Shown in pieces: positions 17,389 through 28,510 of a stretch of 64,000 bases of DNA. Where the stretch lies: assembly GCA_900545935.1 (NCBI GenBank), contig URAP01000004.1:13808-77807 (forward strand), in the 5' to 3' direction. The stretch comes from an uncultured Eubacteriales bacterium (lineage in GTDB: Bacteria; Bacillota; Clostridia; Oscillospirales; CAG-272). The position numbers were made by a program, and so were the translations under genes. The notes under the pieces are model-generated. The model did not search any database. It was not told the origin of the DNA and saw only the letters and a list, made by a program, of their open reading frames with translations. Numbering within the stretch: the first letter of the stretch is position 1; each line of letters starts with the position of its first letter.

Positions 17389-18891
17389 TTATAGACCCTG
17401 AAAGTAAACCAGGCTACTTTGAACTTGGGGCCAATCAATCTCCAAGCCAACGCCAATTCTGTATGCGGCTTTTCCACCCTTCTCTTTTACAAACCCCATC
17501 TTTTTCAGGAATGAGATTTCGGCCTGAAAAGATTTTCTTGTTCCACCAGCACGGATGGTACTTTTCTTTGACAAGTGCAAATCGTTGGCGAATACGTCAT
17601 CAAGCCAATTCAAGTATTCTTGCGGTTTAAACACATGGTTGCCACGAGCATCGGTTTGTGTGAAAGCGAAAAGATCGGACGAGAACTTTTCTTCTGATAG
17701 TTTGTAGAAATAATGAAGCATCGCTCCATACTGACCATTCTGAAGCACGGATGCGCGGAGAATCTCAAGGGGTATTCCAGCGTAAGGAGTTCCAATTCTC
17801 TCACACGCATCAACATATTTGTAACCCAGATCTGTTAGGGTACCGTCTGGTGCGACAAAACCAATATGATACAGCCCCGAATCAATTACTTCCCGATAAC
17901 TATGAGAGTCGCTTCTAACTTTTCTAGCGTATTCCTCCCAGGCATCAGCCTCACTTGTTGTCCCAGCATTTAGCTTGCTAACAATTTTGGATTTGATTGA
18001 ATCCACACGACCGCTAAACAGATTCTGAAAGCGAGTGCTGTCAATCATAATTCTCGTTGATACAGCATTGACAGTATACGGAGTAGTAGAAGAGTAAATT
18101 GGCATCAGGTCGTTCCAGAAATAGTAATTAAACCATACATATCTCCACGCTTTGTCCGAAATTGAATCACCGGGAGTGTTTGAAAGATACTTAAAAGCAT
18201 CAGCAGTAGAGTCTATTCTCCTGACGGCATTCTCCAATTCAACAGGAATATGTATATTATCCAAGTTATCGCCTGTTGCAGTTATTACCTTTACAGCTTG
18301 GCAAAATCTAAAAAAGGCATCAGGGTGACTCATTCCTTCCCTCATATGGGCCCATAATGTTGATGCACTTCCCATTGTTGCCGTACCAGCACCTGTTCTG
18401 GCAATCCGTCGACACGAAGGCAAGGAAATATCTCTAACGCAGTTGAGCTTACCCAGAAAAGGCCTTGTAGCTGAGAGATTTGGGGGAGAATACGTATAAA
18501 TGCTTATAGGTATATCAGGGGAGACTGCATCAATGACACGACATACGTGCTCCCCTGGAGCGGAATGCGATGAGTAACGCTCGGGGATAACCATCACAGA
18601 AGCATCATACCCCTTTTCAAGATAGGCATATGATTGTCCCAAGGCGGTAAGTATGCCATGAACCCCCTCATTAGGGCGTTTGAACTCAAACGCAATGTTT
18701 ATATCATTAGAGGTTGTGTTTTGTGCGCTTAACACTCCATCTGCCAAGGGCCATTGATGCCCGCCCTCACGTCCGGCAAATACGGACCACGCACCAGCTG
18801 TTCCCATAGTTCCGAAGTAATTCGCTTGATTTTGCATAATCAATTCAGCAACTTCTGATGATGCATATGCGGCTTCAACATCGTGGCTCAT
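17389..18891 (-). CDS. 500-aa candidate type II restriction endonuclease (PD-(D/E)xK-like N-terminus, wHTH-like C-terminal repeats)
   Basis: Its start overlaps the methyltransferase stop by 4 nt (ATGA). It has a D-x5-E-x-K-like motif (SNDINIAFEFKRP). The C-terminus has GFVAPDGTLTDLGYKYV and MGFVKEKGGKAAYRIGVGL, which look like winged-helix recognition units. No family recognised by eye. Confidence 0.55.
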   Translation of the reverse strand: MSHDVEAAYASSEVAELIMQNQANYFGTMGTAGAWSVFAGREGGHQWPLADGVLSAQNTTSNDINIAFEFKRPNEGVHGILTALGQSYAYLEKGYDASVMVIPERYSSHSAPGEHVCRVIDAVSPDIPISIYTYSPPNLSATRPFLGKLNCVRDISLPSCRRIARTGAGTATMGSASTLWAHMREGMSHPDAFFRFCQAVKVITATGDNLDNIHIPVELENAVRRIDSTADAFKYLSNTPGDSISDKAWRYVWFNYYFWNDLMPIYSSTTPYTVNAVSTRIMIDSTRFQNLFSGRVDSIKSKIVSKLNAGTTSEADAWEEYARKVRSDSHSYREVIDSGLYHIGFVAPDGTLTDLGYKYVDACERIGTPYAGIPLEILRASVLQNGQYGAMLHYFYKLSEEKFSSDLFAFTQTDARGNHVFKPQEYLNWLDDVFANDLHLSKKSTIRAGGTRKSFQAEISFLKKMGFVKEKGGKAAYRIGVGLEIDWPQVQSSLVYFQGL

Positions 18892-19955
18892 TTTGCCACC
18901 TCCTCTGACAAGTATGTCGCTATCTTACGCATAAAAGGTTCAGCCATCTTTGGCGGGACAGCATTACCAACCTGAATACACTGTTGCTGCCTTGTCCCAA
19001 AGAAAATATGTGTGTCGGGAAAAGTTTGAATTCTCGCAGCCTCCCGTGCCGTCAGAGTACGATTAAGCGTCGGATGGATAGGAAAGGCGTTATGACCTGG
19101 AACCATAGTTGTGGACGGGCGGTTTCTGTCCAGTCGTTTAAACACATGACTATAGTTCGCCACTTTCCCCGTTTTTGCATCCCGGCGAGTGGCGACAGCC
19201 AACTCAGGCGGAAGGTCATCAACGTTTAATTTGCACCCTTCTTTCACATAAGCGTATCTTGCTGCAACAATCGGTTTATGCGCTAACGGAATATGATTTG
19301 GAAAATCGTTCTCTTTCCCAACTAAATCCATTATTGCAGAACCGACTGTAGAGTACTCGGGTGTCTTGCCTGAACCAATGGGAAAGTGTGATTTTTCGGG
19401 AGGAGCATACTCTATTCCCAGGCAGTTTCCAATCATGAACATTCGATACCGCTCTTGAGGGACACCATAATCAGCAGCACAAACAATCTCACACCAAATA
19501 CTGTCGTAGCCTAGGGTTCTAAACTGATTTTTTACTTCTTCAATGAATAGGCCTCCATCGAGATTCGTAAAGCCCTTCACATTTTCCATAAAGAAAAACT
19601 TCGGCCTAAGAATAGAAACGACTCTTATAAATTCATAAACCAAATGGTTACGAGGATCCTCCTTGGGATTATATCCCTTGGTGTTAACAAACCGTCTCTT
19701 TCCAAACACCGAAAACCCCTGGCATGGAGGGCCTCCGACGATGAGATCCACTGATTCTCCCTGAAGCACAGATTCAATCTCTTCAGCAGTAAGTTCCTTG
19801 ATGTCTTTTTGGATTAGAGGAATCTCTGGGAAATTATACTTATGTGTTTCAGAAAAGGTTGGATCAATTTCGTTCGCCATCAGAACATTAAAACCGCTAT
19901 TTTTCAATGCGATAGTCAACCCTCCGGCGCCAGAAAACAAGTCGATAGCATTCAA
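18888..19955 (-). CDS. DNA (cytosine-5)-methyltransferase, copy 2
   Basis: Motif I is DLFSGAGGLT, motif IV GGPPCQGFS, motif VI ENV, motif VIII QERYR, plus TAREAARIQTFPD and motif X GNAVPP. Confidence 0.93.
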   Translation of the reverse strand: MNAIDLFSGAGGLTIALKNSGFNVLMANEIDPTFSETHKYNFPEIPLIQKDIKELTAEEIESVLQGESVDLIVGGPPCQGFSVFGKRRFVNTKGYNPKEDPRNHLVYEFIRVVSILRPKFFFMENVKGFTNLDGGLFIEEVKNQFRTLGYDSIWCEIVCAADYGVPQERYRMFMIGNCLGIEYAPPEKSHFPIGSGKTPEYSTVGSAIMDLVGKENDFPNHIPLAHKPIVAARYAYVKEGCKLNVDDLPPELAVATRRDAKTGKVANYSHVFKRLDRNRPSTTMVPGHNAFPIHPTLNRTLTAREAARIQTFPDTHIFFGTRQQQCIQVGNAVPPKMAEPFMRKIATYLSEEVAK

Positions 19956-21004
19956 TTTTTATCACCTCCGTTGCCAGATAAAAGCGATAGGACAAATTTC
20001 CCGAGTTTTTCTGAAAACATTGGCGGAACAGCATTCCCTACTTGATGGCCTTGCTGCCTACGATTTCCTTCAAATATCATCTCGTCGGGGAATGTCTGAA
20101 TACGTGCGGCTTCTCTTACTGTAAGGCTTCTATTCAATTCAGGATGAATAGGGAATGCATCGTTTCCGGGAACCATGGTCAATGCAGGGCGTTTTCTGTC
20201 TAAGCGTTTATATGTGTTGCCGAAGTTTCTTCGGTATAACTCCGGTGGAAGGTTATCTTCCGGCAGGCGTCCTCCTTCTGGAATCAACTTATAGCGCTCT
20301 ATGTTTTTGGGTGTATGTTTCAATGCCACATGATTAAACTCCGGACAATCACCCAGATCGACCAGGTCTTTAAGCACATCCCAGCAGTTATTCCATGGCA
20401 GCAATCCATCTTCCGGATTGTCGGAATGATCTCGCTTGGGGAAAGAAACGGGCAAGCCAAGTCTATTGCCGAGAATGATTACGCGTTCACGTATTTGAGG
20501 GACACCATAATCTGCCATATTGATCAAACGATAGTCAACAGAATACCCGGCGTCCCGAAGCATTGACAAAACGCTTTGAAGATAGTTTCCACCATCTTTT
20601 GTAATGATGCCTTTAACATTTTCCATCACAATAAACTTAGGCTGAAGCGCACGTATGAGGTTAGCATAGGTGATTACGAGTTCATTTCGTGGATCAAAAG
20701 CGTACCTTTTCTGCGGATCAGAGGAGACACGTTTGCCTATCGTAGAAAAACCTTGACAGGGAGGGCCACCAATTACCACATCAACAGTACCGTCATCAAG
20801 GAATGCCTTTATTTCATCTGGCGTAACAGTACGGATATCCCTGTTGATCATAGGAATATTAGGGAAATTTTTTCTATGGGTCCTCTCTACAAGATTGTCA
20901 TTGTCGATACAGAGCTTTATATCAAACCCCGCTCTTTCAAATCCAATATGCAATCCGCCTGCCCCAGAAAAAAGATCTATGGCTGACAATTTGCCGTTGC
21001 TCAT
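19952..21004 (-). CDS. DNA (cytosine-5)-methyltransferase, copy 1
   Basis: Motifs seen: DLFSGAGGLHIGF, GGPPCQGFS, ENV, QIRERV, TVREAARIQTFPD and GNAVPP. It has 4-nt overlaps with both neighbouring genes. Confidence 0.93.
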   Translation of the reverse strand: MSNGKLSAIDLFSGAGGLHIGFERAGFDIKLCIDNDNLVERTHRKNFPNIPMINRDIRTVTPDEIKAFLDDGTVDVVIGGPPCQGFSTIGKRVSSDPQKRYAFDPRNELVITYANLIRALQPKFIVMENVKGIITKDGGNYLQSVLSMLRDAGYSVDYRLINMADYGVPQIRERVIILGNRLGLPVSFPKRDHSDNPEDGLLPWNNCWDVLKDLVDLGDCPEFNHVALKHTPKNIERYKLIPEGGRLPEDNLPPELYRRNFGNTYKRLDRKRPALTMVPGNDAFPIHPELNRSLTVREAARIQTFPDEMIFEGNRRQQGHQVGNAVPPMFSEKLGKFVLSLLSGNGGDKN

Positions 21005-21216
21005 TTTTTCTCCTCCAATTCGTGCCTGATATCGAAATCTATACTACGGCTCTTGCAAAAATCATCGATAAGCTTCATTGTCTTATATGTGGGTTTCGTT
21101 TTGCCGGATTCCCATCTGTTGACTGTGGCAAACGACACCCCCAGTTCTTTTGCAAAAGCCTCCTGGGAGAGAAAGCACTTCTGACGAATTTCTCTTATAT
21201 CATCACAGAACCCCAT
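21001..21216 (-). CDS. XRE-family HTH protein, controller (C-protein)-like first gene of the R-M operon
   Basis: 71 aa with the HTH LSQEAFAKELGVSFATVNRWESGKTKP. It overlaps the first methyltransferase start by 4 nt. Confidence 0.8.
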   Translation of the reverse strand: MGFCDDIREIRQKCFLSQEAFAKELGVSFATVNRWESGKTKPTYKTMKLIDDFCKSRSIDFDIRHELEEKK

Positions 21217-21251
21217 ATGGCACCTCCATCTGCTTGCAAAGCTATAACAGT

Positions 21252-21280
21252 ATTATAACATGTATCTATGAATTTTTCTA
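21252..21280 (-). promoter_or_regulatory. promoter candidate for the C-protein/R-M operon
   Basis: On the minus strand: TAGAAA, a 17-nt spacer, then TGT-TATAAT (extended -10). A tgttata direct repeat overlaps the -10. A TTGCAA palindrome lies between the -10 and the SD and may be an operator. Confidence 0.4.
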
Positions 21281-21615
21281 CCCCTTTCGGAAATTTTCCG
21301 AGAAGGGCTTTTTCATTCTTCGATTCTGTCAAGATGTTTTGCGATGAGCGTTTGGAAATCCTCTTCATCCATGCCCTGGGATTTCAGCAACTGATGGATC
21401 CCTACGAATTTATCCAAATACGCATTGAGAGACCAGAATGGTGTCTGATTTCCACGCACTTCATCAACTATCACCTTGTCTCTTGTTTCTTCGTCACCGA
21501 CCACATCCTCATGAGGATTCCAGAACGAAGAAAAATATGCTGCCCAGTCTTATGAGCTTCCCCGGGTGATGCGTCTCATCGGCACACTAGTTACCTTCCT
21601 CGACGGAATACGGTG

Positions 21616-21911
21616 TCAGTTTGCCGCCCCGCATAATACGGCTCTCGTGATGAATTCTGCAGCAGACTTTGCCGCAATCGCACTGCCGCCCTGATTTCCC
21701 ATGAGCCAGTCAATGGAAACGCCGAAGTAATGGGCAATATCAAAGATCTGCTCAATGGCGAACCTTTTACCTCCCGTATTGTGAATGACATGGTTGAAGT
21801 TTGGCTGCGACATACCGAGCGCCTGTGCCATTTTTCCCGCGTCATGGAGTTATTCACCATAAGCGCCGAGATTTTCAAGATCAAATAATCATTATTGAAC
21901 TTTTTCAACAT
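21616..21911 (-). pseudogene. XRE-family repressor-like HTH gene split by a frameshift in an A5/T5 run
   Basis: The track ORFs 21591-21917 (N-terminal MLKKFNNDYLILKISALMVNNSMTREK) and 21616-21831 (MAQALGMSQPNFNHVIHNTGGKRFAIEQIFDIAHYFGVSIDWLMG) join into one canonical HTH_3 protein. This requires adding one base to the homopolymer at 21831-21835. Confidence 0.6.
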
Positions 21912-22149
21912 CTTCAACGCCCTTCTTGCAGATTTTCTATGGGAGGGCTTATTTTTTTGCTTTTTTCGGCCAATGTGTTCATTCCTGTCCAGATGGGTCT
22001 ATGAAAAGAGGATTTCAAAAATCATGGGACCAAATGCACTTCCCGTGTCCGGTGGTACCCCAGGATAAGTGCGCCCTTTTCGTAATCAGGCCTTATTCTG
22101 CGGCGATGCGTTCCGGCTCTTTTCGTTCTCGGGCGGAAAGGAACACGCC

Positions 22150-22560
22150 GTGAAGATACGCTACAACGATCCGTATGGATCACCCTTTGAACTCATCATA
22201 CCGGATGGAGAGCCGGAGGCGTTAAAGGAGATCATTGAGTATCTTAATGAGAATGCACGTCTCATCCGAAATGCCGAATGCCGGGAGGCCTATCACACTT
22301 TATATCTTCTTGAGGCACTGGGCTACGAAGGCAACTCCATTGCCTACCTCGACACACCTGAGCACATCGTTATCCGAAAGGAGGAAGCCGAGCATATCCA
22401 AAGCACACTCACATTACTGACAGAGACGAAGCAACGTCGCTTATGGATGTTGAGTGAGAATATGACGCTGTGTGAGATCGCAGCAGTAGAGGGGGCATCA
22501 GCCGGCGCCGTAAAAGAAAGCCTGGATGCGGCAAAAAAGAAATTTCAAAAAAATTTCTGA
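22150..22560 (+). CDS. sigma-70 region-4-like HTH protein of the element
   Basis: GTG start after GGAAAGGAA. The C-terminal sequence LTETKQRRLWMLSENMTLCEIAAVEGASAGAVKESLDAAKKKF resembles the region-4/LuxR-type HTH common in clostridial integrative elements. Confidence 0.65.
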   Translation: MKIRYNDPYGSPFELIIPDGEPEALKEIIEYLNENARLIRNAECREAYHTLYLLEALGYEGNSIAYLDTPEHIVIRKEEAEHIQSTLTLLTETKQRRLWMLSENMTLCEIAAVEGASAGAVKESLDAAKKKFQKNF

Positions 22561-22665
22561 AAACACCCTGACAAAACCCCTGTTTTTTCTATGTATAGTG
22601 AGGAGGCTTCCTCAGAAAGGAGAGTAACACCATGAAAAACATTTTTGCGAAAGGAGGAGACTGCC

Positions 22666-23168
22666 GTGAGACCAATCACACTGTACACCGCAAACTGCCG
22701 GGGCAATAAGTTCAATGTCTGCTATCCGGTCAAACGGGAGATCACCTCGGTCGAGGGCCTGTGCGAAGCCGTTCGGTACGACCAGGTCTTTGCCGAATAC
22801 AGAGATCACCACAGAGCCGTTGCGGATTTTATCCGTTCGGATTGTTTGCCGTTTGACTGCGATAACGACCATTCGGATGAGGAATGCGAATGGAAAACCG
22901 CTGCGGATGTGGAAAAGGCTTTTCCGGGCGTCCCGTTCTACTTAGTCTACAGTCGCCACCATATGGCGTGGAAAGGCAGCCGCTCACCAAGGCCCCGGTT
23001 TTTCCCATTGACCCGATTACGAACGGAGACGATTACCGTATGCTGAAAGAGTCGGTCATGGCTTTCTTCCCGTATTTCGACACGGGAGCGAAGGATGCTG
23101 CACGATTCTTCTTTGGTGTACGGAATCCGGTAGTCGAACTGCACGGAGGTGAAAACAATGAACCTTAA
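22666..23168 (+). pseudogene. prim-pol (AEP)-like N-terminal replication protein, frameshifted in a T5 run
   Basis: GTG start after AGGAGGAG. Frame 1 gives VRPITLYTANC...LPFDCDNDHSDEE...VYSRHHMAWKGSRSPRPRF. Frame 2 continues FPIDPITNGDDYRMLKESVMAFFPYFDTGAKDAARFFFGV. The switch occurs at ccccggttttt (T run at 22999-23003). DxD and SxH-like motifs fit archaeo-eukaryotic primases. Confidence 0.6.
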
Positions 23169-24966
23169 CCGCTTTATGGCGGACAAGTCTCAAGCCTTGA
23201 AAAAAACACAAGTAGATTCGGCAGCGTCATACGACTCTTTCGCTGAGCTGCCCGACGGACACATCCCCGAAGGGCGGCGAAACACTGTCATGTCTCACAT
23301 TGCCGGGAGATTGGTCAAGCGGCACGGCGATACCCATGAGGCAAGGGGGATATTTCTTGAAAAGGCGAAAAGTTGCGTCCCGCCTTTAGATGAAAACGAA
23401 CTGAATGGCATCTGGAGCAGCGCCGTGAAATTCGGCAAAGTGGTTTCCGCTCAACCGGGGTATGTACCGCCGGAAGAATACAACGATCCCACTCCTTGCA
23501 AACCGGATGATTATTCCGATGTTGGACAAGCCTATGCCTTTGCCAAGCACTGCCGCAATTATGTCAGCTATTCCCCGGCTACCGACTACATCGTATATGA
23601 TGGTGCCTGTTGGCAGGAATCAAGACCCCGCTCTCAAGCGGCGATGCAACAGTTTACGGATACCCAACTCGCAGAGGCTGAAGCCTGGCTCACCCGAGCC
23701 GAGGAGCACCTGGAAGAGACCGGAGCAAAAGCCGTTATCGCCGCACACGGAAAGAAAGCTTCCGAATTCATGACCAAGGAACAGAAAACCGCACTCTTTG
23801 CACAGCGTGGAGCCGTCGCCTACAGAAAGTTCGTCCTACAGCGCAGAGATTCCAAATACCAGGTCGCAGCACTGCGTGAAGCCCGACCAATGGTGGAGAT
23901 CGATCACGGTGAATTGGACAAGGACGGGTTTCTGCTCAACACGCCCGAATATACCGTGGACCTTCGAAAAGGCATGAACGGCAAGCAGGCACACTGCGCC
24001 GAGGACTTCATCACCAAATGCACTGCGGTTTCTCCCGGCAGTCGGGGAGCAGACCTGTGGAAGGATGCCCTGCACACCTTTTTCTGCGGGGATGCCGAAC
24101 TGAAAGAATATGTGCAGCACATTGCCGGATTGGCGCTTATCGGTCATGTCTATATCGAGGCACTGATCATTGCCCACGGTGACGGTAGGAACGGCAAATC
24201 CACCTTCTGGAATGTGTTGGCTCGTGTCATGGGTTCCTACAGCGGCAACATTTCCGCCGATGCTTTGACGGTAGGCTGCAAGAGGAACGTCAAGCCGGAA
24301 TTGGCGGAGACAAAGGGCAAGCGTCTGCTGATCGCCGCCGAGCTGGAAGAGGGCATGAGGCTGAACACATCTGTTGTAAAGCAGTTCTGTTCTACGGACG
24401 AGATATACGCCGAAAAGAAGTACAAAGACCCATTTGCTTTCACTCCTACGCATACGCTCGTTCTATACACGAATCACCTGCCGAAAGTCGGTGCCAATGA
24501 CCCGGGCACTTGGCGCAGATTGATCGTTGTGCCGTTCAACGCAAGGATCGTCGGCAGCGGTGATGTCAAAAACTACGCCGACTACCTTTTCGACAATGCC
24601 GGTCCCGCCGTTCTTGCGTGGATGATCGAGGGAGCTGAGAAAGTTATCTCGGACAACTTCCGTATCGCTCAACCGGAATGTGTTAAGAAAGTCACGGCGC
24701 TTTATCGGGAAAACAGCGACTGGCTGTCGCACTTTCTGGAGGAGTGCTGCGAGGTCGGCGATACCTACAGTGGGCGCTCCGGTGATCTGTACGCCGCATA
24801 TCGCAGCTTTTGCGGTCGAAGCGGAGAATACACCCGTTCCACCACGGACTTTTACGCAGCGGTCGACACCTCTGGTTTCGAGAGAAAGCACACAAAAAAG
24901 GGACGCATAGTTCTCGGCCTACGGCTCAAGTCGGAGTTCGCATCTGTGTTCGCTGCGGATGAGTAA
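23149..24966 (+). CDS. phage/plasmid primase-helicase, P4/D5 family (PriCT-like N-terminus + D5_N + P-loop)
   Basis: 605 aa containing IPEGRRNTVMSHIAGRLVKRHGD (PriCT-like) and Walker A AHGDGRNGKSTFWNVL. The element TDEIYAEKKYKDPFAFTPTHTLVLYTNHLP is typical of the P4-family C-terminal domain. Confidence 0.88.
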   Translation: MKTMNLNRFMADKSQALKKTQVDSAASYDSFAELPDGHIPEGRRNTVMSHIAGRLVKRHGDTHEARGIFLEKAKSCVPPLDENELNGIWSSAVKFGKVVSAQPGYVPPEEYNDPTPCKPDDYSDVGQAYAFAKHCRNYVSYSPATDYIVYDGACWQESRPRSQAAMQQFTDTQLAEAEAWLTRAEEHLEETGAKAVIAAHGKKASEFMTKEQKTALFAQRGAVAYRKFVLQRRDSKYQVAALREARPMVEIDHGELDKDGFLLNTPEYTVDLRKGMNGKQAHCAEDFITKCTAVSPGSRGADLWKDALHTFFCGDAELKEYVQHIAGLALIGHVYIEALIIAHGDGRNGKSTFWNVLARVMGSYSGNISADALTVGCKRNVKPELAETKGKRLLIAAELEEGMRLNTSVVKQFCSTDEIYAEKKYKDPFAFTPTHTLVLYTNHLPKVGANDPGTWRRLIVVPFNARIVGSGDVKNYADYLFDNAGPAVLAWMIEGAEKVISDNFRIAQPECVKKVTALYRENSDWLSHFLEECCEVGDTYSGRSGDLYAAYRSFCGRSGEYTRSTTDFYAAVDTSGFERKHTKKGRIVLGLRLKSEFASVFAADE

Positions 24967-24974
24967 CACGCCAA

Positions 24975-25076
24975 GGTGAAGCTCGGTGACGCTCTCTTCA
25001 TAAGACCCTTTATAGTGTGTTATTCGGCATACCACTCTAAAGAGAGTTTTATTTATCGACCGTCACGACCTTCACC
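24975..25076 (+). other. nested long-range stem structure in the primase-to-capsid intergenic region
   Basis: The outer arms ggtgaagctcggtgacg (24975-24991) and cgtcacgaccttcacc (25061-25076) can pair over about 15 bp. The inner arms are ctctctt (24992-24998) and aagagag (25040-25046), followed by a T-rich tract. Confidence 0.4.
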
Positions 25077-25236
25077 GCACACGAACGATAAATTCTGCGC
25101 CATTGACCTGGGGCGGCTTAAATCTCCGGGACTTTGACCATTGGGCAGCGGCCCGGGGGCTTACGCACAAAAACAGCGAAATCAAAAGGGTAATTAACAC
25201 GCACCCGAAAAACATCTATCGAGGAGGAAAATACAC

Positions 25237-25554
25237 ATGAGAAACTACACTTTTTACAACTACAAAGGAGGTAAAACGCTGTTCCCGAAGAACGACTGGC
25301 TGACCGAGGAGTACCTGGCGGAGCACGAAAAGATCTTCATGACGGAATATTTGGCGAATGATGATCGGAGAAAGGTCTATCACCGTTATCGCCTCCGCAC
25401 TTGTGACCCGACCCGCTTCACGGACACCCTGGAATACGATCTCAAATGCCCTCATTGCAACGGTGATCTACGCCTTTGCGGACTGCCGCTCGATGCCACC
25501 ACTCACGGCCTGTATAAATGCAGACGCTGCGATGAAGCAACCGAAAGGAGATAA
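25237..25554 (+). CDS. hypothetical Zn-ribbon protein
   Basis: 105 aa with a GAGGAGG SD. The CPHC...CRRC pairs form a putative zinc ribbon. Confidence 0.7.
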   Translation: MRNYTFYNYKGGKTLFPKNDWLTEEYLAEHEKIFMTEYLANDDRRKVYHRYRLRTCDPTRFTDTLEYDLKCPHCNGDLRLCGLPLDATTHGLYKCRRCDEATERR

Positions 25555-25559
25555 GAATA

Positions 25560-26507
25560 ATGAAAACGATCAACGAGATCAGAAACATTACGGCCACGCA
25601 GGAATACGATAAACATTTCTGGAATGCCATGAGGCTTAAGCCCGACAGCGAGATGGCTATGCGTGATGCGATGGACAGCGTCACCGGAACATACTTTACC
25701 CCGACTGCCGGAGAAGCCGACCTTCGTAAGGTGGTCGTCCGGGAAAGCATCATTCGTCCACTCGCAACGAACCTGAAGAAGTACCAGGGCGGGTCGGTGA
25801 TCTGGGCGGCTGATTCCCGTGATTACGCATCTTTCGTCCCGGAGGGCGCACCCATCCCCGGCTTTGATGTCGAGGAGGATTTTACCCGTATCCGTGTCGG
25901 CAGTCACAAAATCGCCTGCCTGCTTAAACTGAGCGAGGAGTTTGCTCTTGATGCGGACTTTGACCTCAAAAAGTACATTTCCGAGCGCATGGGTAAGTCT
26001 TTCGCATATGCGGAGGACAAAGCATTCATCTGCGGTAGCGGCGTAAACGAGCCATTTGGGCTGCTCCATAACACCGAAGGGGCAGAAATAGGAACTGCGG
26101 TATCTGCGCTGACCTATGATGCCGTCATTGACTTGTTCTTCTCTGTGAAGCCGGAGTATCGCACCCATGCTGCTTGGCTGATGAATGATCGCACCGCTGC
26201 GGCGCTTCGGAAGTTGAAAGATGATTCGGGCAACTATCTTTGGAACAGCAGCACGGATACCGTTCTCGGCAAGCCGATCCGCATCTGCAATGAACTTCCG
26301 AACATTGCTGCCGGAGCAAAGCCCGTACTATTCGGTGACTTCCGGTACTACTGGATCGTAGACCGCTCTCCCGTCAGCATGAAAGCACTGAAGGAGCGCT
26401 TTGCCATGAGCGGTCGTGTGGGATATGTTGCGTTCGAGTTGCTCGATGCCCGACTTGTGCGCAGGGATGCCGTAAAAGCGATCTCCGTTATTGAAGAAAG
26501 CGTGTGA
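25560..26507 (+). CDS. HK97-fold phage major capsid protein
   Basis: 315 aa. The sequences GSHKIACLLKLSEEFALDADFDLKKYISERMGKSFAYAEDKAFICGSGVNEPFGLL and AAWLMNDRTAAALRKLKDDSGNYLW...LGKPIRICNELP match the conserved core of HK97-family capsid proteins as I know it. Confidence 0.85.
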   Translation: MKTINEIRNITATQEYDKHFWNAMRLKPDSEMAMRDAMDSVTGTYFTPTAGEADLRKVVVRESIIRPLATNLKKYQGGSVIWAADSRDYASFVPEGAPIPGFDVEEDFTRIRVGSHKIACLLKLSEEFALDADFDLKKYISERMGKSFAYAEDKAFICGSGVNEPFGLLHNTEGAEIGTAVSALTYDAVIDLFFSVKPEYRTHAAWLMNDRTAAALRKLKDDSGNYLWNSSTDTVLGKPIRICNELPNIAAGAKPVLFGDFRYYWIVDRSPVSMKALKERFAMSGRVGYVAFELLDARLVRRDAVKAISVIEESV

Positions 26508-26511
26508 TCCT

Positions 26512-26709
26512 ATGAGCGCAGCGGTCGGCACATATGAAGGCAGACCCTGCACCGTTTCGGAAATGGCCGTGGGCAACACTCTGTTCACGGTCATCTCCGT
26601 ACAAAGCGATTCTGCAAGGGAAACTGCTTTTGAAAAGGTCAAAAAACTGATCCTGGGCAACTGCACATCAGCTCCGGAAAAGTTATCTCAAAATTCAAAT
26701 AAACATTGA
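26512..26709 (+). CDS. TnpW-like small transposon-encoded protein
   Basis: Start at MSAAVGTYEGRPCTVSEMAVGNTLFTVISVQSDSARETAFEKVKKLIL. This is the pattern of TnpW-family proteins found beside large serine recombinases in clostridial elements. Confidence 0.65.
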   Translation: MSAAVGTYEGRPCTVSEMAVGNTLFTVISVQSDSARETAFEKVKKLILGNCTSAPEKLSQNSNKH

Positions 26710-26761
26710 AGAAATAACTTGCTTTTTCTGCGACAGTACGGGAATATGTAGTACCGCTTGA

Positions 26762-28465
<1,704 letters not shown>

Positions 28466-28510
28466 CCTACATGATCGTAAGTTATGCCGTATCCTTTTTG
28501 AGCACCTTTC

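Noticed and set aside
21313-21504. 63-aa GTG-initiated minus-strand ORF (…NAYLDKFVGIHQLLKSQGMDEEDFQTLIAKHLDRIEE)
   Set aside because: The frame is open only for about 77 codons after a TAA, has no ATG or SD sequence, and looks like the C-terminal remnant of a lost gene between the cargo and core modules. I cannot assign it and do not call it a gene.
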